Shown here in pieces: positions 56,761 through 64,000 of a DNA stretch of 64,000 nt; the first letter of the stretch is position 1, and the number at the start of each line of letters is the position of its first letter. The stretch is from the human T2T-CHM13v2.0 reference genome, Homo sapiens. The DNA lies in assembly GCF_009914755.1 (NCBI RefSeq), contig NC_060940.1, one strand, 5' to 3'. The notes beneath the pieces were generated by a model. It was not told where the DNA came from. It was given only the letters and a program-made list of their open reading frames with translations, and ran no database searches. A program made the translations under genes and the position numbers.

Positions 56761-57962
56761 GCCTATCCTTGCAACAGCTCTCCCTCGGCTCTCTCAGATT
56801 CCCAAATATCCAGTCAGGGGCAGCAAAGTTCCATCCACGCAGCAGAATTTGGGTCAGATGTCATGGGCATCCAAGGCTGCCTGGGTAGGGGTGGTGAGGC
56901 CAGGCTGAAAAGATTCTCAAATCCCCTCAGGAGTGCAGAGGGGATGTAGTTCGGGTGGTCTGTTTATTCCCAGAGGACTCCAGTCTGTGGTTTTCGAATA
57001 GTCCTGGGGGCAGGGCTGAAGTCTGTAGGGAGGAGATGGTTCCTTTCAGGCAAGTGTCAGGGCACAGGCAAGGAGAGCCAGGAGGGAAAGAGAGGCACAC
57101 ATTTAACTGTACAGAAGTGGCAGAGAGGTAGACAGAGGCCATGCCCCAGGGTACTCAGAGGCTGTTAGGCTCACATGCAGGCAGCTCTGTGGCAGCAAGA
57201 CTTCATCTAGTAGCCTGTCTCCAAATGGGATCCACCTGCCTGGTCAGATGGGCTCAGGAGCTGGGCAGGGCCAGGCCTGCAGAAGGTCTTGGGGACTGAA
57301 GCTGGCAGAGGCCAGGGAAGGGCAGAGCAAAGAGACCAGAGTCAGTCAACCCATATGGGAAATGGCTCCTCTTTGTCCAACATCAAAACCTCTAAGGACA
57401 TAACTCCCTTGTACAGTAACAATCATATTTAAGTAAGTCATAATCTAATATATTAAGAACCATATGAGATGGCCTTGCTGAGAGCTGAGGAGACTCAGGG
57501 GAAGGAACTCATGCCTGAGGAACTGAAAGAAGTCTTTCAATAGCTGGGAAGAGAAGAAGGAAGGCACCCAAGACAGGGAGCTCACGGAGGCCTAAACGGA
57601 TGTTGTATTTTCAGGGAAGTTGGGTGTAGCTACACCTCTTGGGAGAAGGAAGGGTTAGAGGGGGAAGTAAGGAAGGAGAAAACCAGAAACGTGGGTTGGG
57701 CATAGATTGTGAAGATCCACTTATACTGTGAGTGGTGTCTTGAGGGCTTATGTGAAATGCACAGTGCTCACGAAAAGATGAACACACATAAGCACTTGGC
57801 ATGCAGCATTCCATAATCTAGGTAGCATTCTTACCCTCTGTTGACCAAGGGAATTGCCACGATATTCACTCAAGGAGATAATGACAACATTTAAAGAATA
57901 GGGATTTATCTGTCCCTTAAATTCATCTCTTTGTTTTATAATCTCAAGTCACACCTTCCATG

Positions 57963-58953
57963 TGAGAAATAAAAATACAATTCTAAGCTCCCCAACCAAC
58001 TGAACAGAAATCCCCTTGGCCAATGGGATACCAGCAAAGCCTTAAAAACTGAGTTCCAAGGCAGAGTGTGGTGTCTCATGCCTGTAATTCTAGCAATTTG
58101 GGAGGCCGAGGCAGGAGGATTACTTAAGGCCAGGAGTTTGAGAACAGCCTGGACAACATAGCAAGACCCCATCTCTACACAAAAATAAAATACATTAACC
58201 AGGCTGGTAGCATGCACTTATAGTCCCAACTACTGGAGAGGCCTAGGTGGGAGGATCACTCGAGCCCAGGAGTTGGAAGCTGCAATGATCCATGATTGCA
58301 CCACTGCATTCCAGCTGGGCACACAGAAAGACACTGTCTCTGAAAAGAAAAAGAAAAATGGATTTTCTATCTACAATGAGATGGGAAGTTGGAGTTAGAC
58401 ATGCCTCAATTTACCCCCTCCCTCACTAACTGCCATTAGGATTTCTTTCCTAAGAGTAAAACAAAAACCAGCCCCTTTGAAAGACTTGTTCCACTGCTGA
58501 TTTACACAGCAACTGACCAGCATTCCTTCCTGAGAAGAGACCACCATGGGCTGGTTCTAATTTACAGAGCCTGCACACAGGATACCGCTGTGTTCTCTGT
58601 TTCACCTTTTGACAAATAAAGCCTAAGTTTAATGTATTTAAATGTTAAATCTCCACTTCAACATGAACAAGGGACTTATGTAATGGGTATGTTTGCTTAC
58701 TATGGATTGGTGCACACACCCTCATCACGAATGTTCATAGCCTCTCCAATAACCTCTTAAATATATATGCTTAGCCAACCCATTTGGCATAAATTTCTGT
58801 TGCAGTCTTTTCTCCTTCAAAGTGCTGGCCTTGGTTTCTACCAGAGGCTATGCTTCCCAGTGTGCGGAATGGCCACCATGCAGGCTGTAACCCTTTATCA
58901 GAAATAAAACCCTCCTCCCCAAATTTATGAACCTCATGGTTCTTCAGTTGACA
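57963..58953 (+). mobile_element. MER39-like ERV1 solo LTR with AluJ (58058-58357) inserted
   Basis: AATTCTAAGCTCCCCAACCAACTGAAC start, TTCTTCAGTTGACA end, TSD CATG. Confidence 0.85.
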
Positions 58954-59299
58954 CATGTTGATTTATAATTTAGGTTACCCCTGTATCTAACATTCTTTAA
59001 ACATTCCACATTTATCCCATTTATAGGTCCAAATGGAAGCAGGATTTAGAAGCAATATACTAGGAATAGCACCTATAATATTGAAGCTTAGAGATACTTT
59101 TAAAAGGATTTTGGAAACCTTTCTCCTTCATGCATCAATGTATCCATGGAGCCAAAGATGAGATATTTAGGATGGTGGAGGGCAAGAGAGGAAAGGACAT
59201 CACCTTTTACATTAGGAAAATAGCCAGACTCCTACCGGAATTAGGTAGCCCAGATATGAGGGGAGGCCTTTGAGAGATTTCAGGGTGTTTTCTGAATAC

Positions 59300-60530
59300 A
59301 CAAGGATAAAAAGCAGATGTTTAGAGAATTCTTAATCTTGTTGATGCAAACGTTATTTCACTGATGATCTCAAAAACATTGGAAATTGTATGGAAGGAGA
59401 AAAGGAAGGCATTAGAGACATCTCTCACCTCATGGTCTCTCAGGGAACATGAATTTGAGGCAGCAGATCTAATCTGAAGAAATGCACAAACTAGATAGAG
59501 ATAAATAGCAAGTCTGGATGGCATTGCCTAAGTGTTTTGAAAGAACTCAAGGTTGAAATTGGGGACGTGTTGGCCAAAATGTGGAATGGATCTTTACAAA
59601 TGGCTGCTCTGATGAGAATTGGAGCAGGCACTGGCCTGAGCTGCCCAAGACGACACGTGGGAGCCCTAGGTCAGTGAAAGAAGTCTTGTTTCCCTGCAGG
59701 TCATATCAGCCCTCTAGGGCAGAGAGAGAAATCAATGGAACAGTTCTGCCATTATAAACTGCATCATTACAGGGTTATACCCTTCTGATTCCTCCAAGGG
59801 CATTCTAGCCTGGTTCATTCAATCACGTGAAGTGAGTTGTTCAAAGGATAGTTGACTTAACTCCCTCACCAAAGACTCTTAGGTCAAGAGAAACTAGTTT
59901 GGAGATTGAAGGGAAAGGTTTAACCAGGACTTCAGATGGGCTACAGATTTTTTTTAAGTCCTTATGCTTTTATTTCTACAAATGGGAATGTTGCTTTTAA
60001 ATTAATTGTAAACACGGGAATCCCTGCAGTCAACTTGCAGACTCTATGACAGTTTGCCTTTGCTTCCTTTTGGTCACCTTCCCCCAAGCTTCAGGACTCT
60101 CTTGCAGGCACTTCACTGTCCCAGATCTGGACATTTTAACAGGAGCCCTTCACTCGCGGGTTGTTCAAAGCACCGACTAAAAGAAGCCCTCCTGCAGTGG
60201 CGTTCATTTCAAGGGTTTCTCAGAATTTCTTTATTTGATCCCAATTTTCTTCCTATTAAAATTTACTTCTCTTCTACCACTCCTTCTCAATGAGGATCTC
60301 TCAGCCAACTATCTACTCATTTGCATCAGGCCACTGCTGAAATATGTATGTTTGGATGCACCTTCTAACATGGAGCCTTCACAAAACTGGATCTTCCAAA
60401 AGGGGACAACAAAGGTGGAGAAGCATTGAAAGCCATGGGAAATTGAGAGAATCAGAAATGTTTGGCAGAGGTAAAAGAGAATGAGATCTCTCTTTGTAGA
60501 AGAGACAGTTTGAAAATGGGGCAAATGAGA
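59300..60530 (+). mobile_element. Highly decayed CR1/L3-clade LINE ORF2 relic
   Basis: Collinear RT-region peptides VLKELKVEI (59534), PHQRLFR (59864), EIEGKGL (59902), VNTGIP (60008), IRPLLKYVC (60325), FQKGTTKV (60394). Confidence 0.65.
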
Positions 60531-61585
60531 GGAGCCTAAATTTAACATTCATTCAAAGTTTTATTGAACACCTACTATGAGGCAACATCCTTCAAGGTAT
60601 TAGAGAGACAACAGTGAATAAGACAAAAAGGACCTTAGTCTCAAGGACATTGCATTCTAGTGAAGAAAAAAAGAGAAAAATAAACAAATGAAAATTACAT
60701 ATATATATATATATATATAAAATAAAATAAAATAGAGCAATGTGATCAAAAGTGCAAGGTGGGAGGTAATTTACATTGGCTGATTGATGAAGACTTGGAG
60801 TATCACTTTATGAAGAACCAAACTCTTCAGTGAATTAATTGTAGACAGGAGTAGGTTCCTGAGACTTCAGATGCATAAAATATTTAAAAGTAGGAGTTTG
60901 GCCAAAAAGATGTCCTGAAGTTTAGTGCATTAATGAATGACTTAAGCATCAGCACATCTAAGAGAGGCCTAGAAGGAAATGCAGTCTTCATCCAGTTACA
61001 AAACCATGGTCAGTGAAAAACTAGAGAGATATAGTCATGGTATCTTTTGGGAATATATCCCATGTCAGCTTAGAAGTTAAGGAGAGCACTGTTTAACAAT
61101 TTTCTTCTTTATAGGAAATAATTGATATTAACAATTGAGATTATTACTTCTTGTTCTTAAGCAATCTATGCTGATATCTCTGTTTCACTTCCAAATATAG
61201 GCTGCATATCTAACAAAGAAAAGAAAATTAAATCATCTCTCTAACTCCTATTGAGTTCTTTTGTTGTATGTGTTTCAACCAGACTCTCCAAACTGTTCTG
61301 TGAAAGAATAATTACAAACAAACCCTACGTATTTGAAAGAAATAAAGATGTAATTGCATGCCAGCATGATCCCATAATTTCTGCACTGAGAAAAGCAAAT
61401 AAAGGGTATCTGCTCACTCTTTTGGTATGGTCAATATTGCTCAGTCAGTCAGGCTCAGCTGGGGGTCTCGGGTTATTCTGCTAACATTTGCTCCATCAAG
61501 CAAATAAGTAACAGAGTCTAGGACTGGCCATATAGTTAAAGAACCTACCGTCAAGCAGTAGTAGTGTTAGAAATTGCTTGATGGT

Positions 61586-63930
61586 TGTATTAGTCTGTTT
61601 TCATGCTGTGATACAGACACACCCAAGACTGGGTAATTTATAAAGAAAAAGAGGTTTGATTGACTCACAGTTCCACATGGCTGGGGAGGCCTCAAAATCA
61701 TGGTGGAAGGCTAAAGGATATCTTACATGGTAGCAGACAAGAGAGAATCAGGACCAAGCAAAAAGAGTTTCCCCTTGTAAAGCTATCAGATCTTGTGAGA
61801 CTTATTCACTACCACGAGAACAGTATGAGGGAAATTGCCCCCATGATTTAATTATTTCTTACCAACTCCCTCCCACTTATGGGAGCTACAATTCAAGATG
61901 AAATTTGGATGGGGACACAGCCAACCATATCATTCTGCCCCTGGCCCCTCCCAAATCTCATGTCCTCACATTTGAAACCAATAATGCCTCTTCCCAACAG
62001 TCCCCCAAAGTCTTAACTCATTTCAGCATTAACTCAAAAGTCCACAGTCCAAAGTCTCATCTGAGACAAGGCAAGGCCCTTCTGCCTATGAGCCTGTAAA
62101 ATCAAAAGCAAATTAGTTCCTTCCTAGATACAGTGGGGGTAAAGGTGTTGGATAAATACAGCTGTTCCAAATGGGAGAAATTAGCCAAAAGAAAGGGGCA
62201 ACAGGCTCCATGCAAGTCTGAAATCCAATAGGGCAGTCATTAAACTTTGAAGTTTTGAAATGATCCCTTTGACTCCATCTCTCATATCCAGGGCATGCTG
62301 ATGCAAGAGGTGGGCTCCCATGGCCTTGGGCAGCTCTGCCCCTGTGGCTTTACAGGGTACAGTCCTACTCCTGTCTGCTTTCATGGGCTGGTGTTGAGTG
62401 TCTGTGACTTTTCCAGGTGCACAGTGCAGGCTGTCAGTGAATCTACCATTCTGGGGTCTGGAAGGCCATGGTCCTCTTCTCACAGCTCCATTAGGCAGTG
62501 CTCCAGTGGGAACTCTGTGTGGGAACTCACACCCCACATTTCCTTTCTGCACTGCCCTAGCAGAGGTTCTCCATGAAGGCCCCACCCCTGCAGCAAACTT
62601 CTGCCTGGACATCCAGGCATTTTTATACATCCTCTGAAATCTAGGCAGAGGTTCCCAAACCTCAGTTCTTGACTTCTGTGCACCCACAGGCTCAACATCA
62701 CATGGAAGCTGCCAAGGCTTGAGGCTTGCACCCTCTGAAGCCATGGCCGAAGCTGAACCTTGGCCCCTTTTAGACATGGCTAGAACGGAGGGACACAGGG
62801 CACCAAGTCCCTAGGCTGCACACAGCGGGGGTTTCCTGGGCCCAGCCCATTAAACCATTTTTAACTCCTAAGCCTCTGGGTCTGTAATGGGAGGGGCTGC
62901 TACAAAGGTCTCTGACATGCCTTGGAGACATTTTCCCCATTGTCTTGGTGATTAACATTTGGCTCCTCATTACGTTTGCAAATTTTTGCAGCAGACTTGA
63001 ATTTCTCATCGGAAAATTGGGTTTTTCTTTTCTATCACGTCGTCAGGCTGCAAATTTTCCAAACTTTTATGCTCTGTTTCCCTTTTAAAACTAAATGCTT
63101 TTAACAGCACCCAAGTCACTCTTGAATGCTTTGCTGCTTAGAAATTTCTTCTGCCCGATAACCTAAATTATCTCCCTTAAGTTCAAAACTCCACAAATCT
63201 CTCGGGCGGGAGCAAAATGACATCAGTGTCTTTGTTAAAACACAGCAAGAGTCACCTTTTAGTTAAGTTCCCAACAAGTTCCTCATCTCCATCTGAGAGC
63301 ACCTCAGGCTGGATTTCATTGTCCATATCATTATCAGCATTTTGGTTAAAGTCATTCGACCAGTCTCTACAAAGTTCTAAACTTTCCCACATCTTCCTGT
63401 CTTCTGAGCCCGCCAAGTTTCTAGGAAGTTCCAAACTTTCCCACATTTTCCTATCTTCTTCTGAGCCTTCCAAGCCGTTCCAACATTTGCCTGTTACCCA
63501 GCTCCGAAGCCACTTCCCCATTTTCAGGTATCTTTACAGCAGCGCCCCACTCTCTCATTACCAATTTACTGCATTAGTCCATGTTCATGCTGTTGAAAAA
63601 GATATACCTGAGACTGGGTCATTTATAAATAAAAATAACTTTAATTGACTCACAGTTCCACGTGGCTGGGGAGGCCTCATAATCATGGTAGAAGGCAAAA
63701 GTCATGTCTTACATGGCAGCAGACAAGAAAGAATCAGGACCAAGTGAAAGGGGTTTCCCTTTATAAAACTATCAGATCTCGTGAGACCCATTCAATACCA
63801 TGAGAACAGCATGAGGGAAACTTCCCCCATGATTTAATTATCTCATACTGGGTCCCTCCCACAACATGTTGGAATTATGGGAGCTATAATTCAAGATGAG
63901 GTTTGGGTGGGGACACAGCCATCCATATCA
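61586..63930 (-). mobile_element. Complete THE1C-like MaLR provirus (LTR-int-LTR)
   Basis: LTRs 61586-61932 and 63570-63930, ~1.64-kb THE1-int; 5-bp TSD ATGGT/ACAGT. Confidence 0.95.
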
Positions 63931-64000
63931 ACAGTGCAGATGGTAAAGAAAAAAGGTAGAATTGAACCCTTTGACAAGTCTCTGTCTCTTAATGACCTGT

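Noticed and set aside
62181-62777. Longest ORF (198 aa)
   Set aside because: THE1-int derived; such partial open frames are common in MaLR internals
63372-63475. ~52-bp tandem duplication in THE1-int
   Set aside because: As I recall, this is part of the THE1C-int consensus, not locus-specific

Overview
Primate genomic DNA, most likely hominoid given an L1PA3-type 3' end and an AluY. The window is repeat-dense and apparently intergenic or lncRNA-type. I recognise no protein-coding gene: the ORF track is mostly Alu, L1, THE1-int or microsatellite translation, and the remaining short ORFs match no protein I recognise. It holds about 28 Alus and a 3.7-kb L1PB1-like insertion with an 18-bp TSD. 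It also holds a complete THE1C provirus, many solo LTRs (MER4, MER39, MER41A/B, MER57, MER21, MST, MLT1/2), DNA MITEs, MIR/L2 and an ancient CR1-clade LINE relic. The most unusual signal is a set of non-retrotransposon local copies (templated insertions). These are a three-way, partly inverted ~210-bp duplication (2.0/15.5/18.3 kb), a multi-template ~300-bp patch inside an Alu (54.2 kb), a 23-bp copy at 26.3 kb and a 27-bp-arm fold-back at 25.5 kb. Also notable are an L1 3' transduction (6.55-7.03 kb) and a candidate minus-strand octamer/TATA promoter with spliceable exons at 37.1-36.0 kb. Subfamily names come from recalled consensus sequences, and boundaries of old repeats are approximate.
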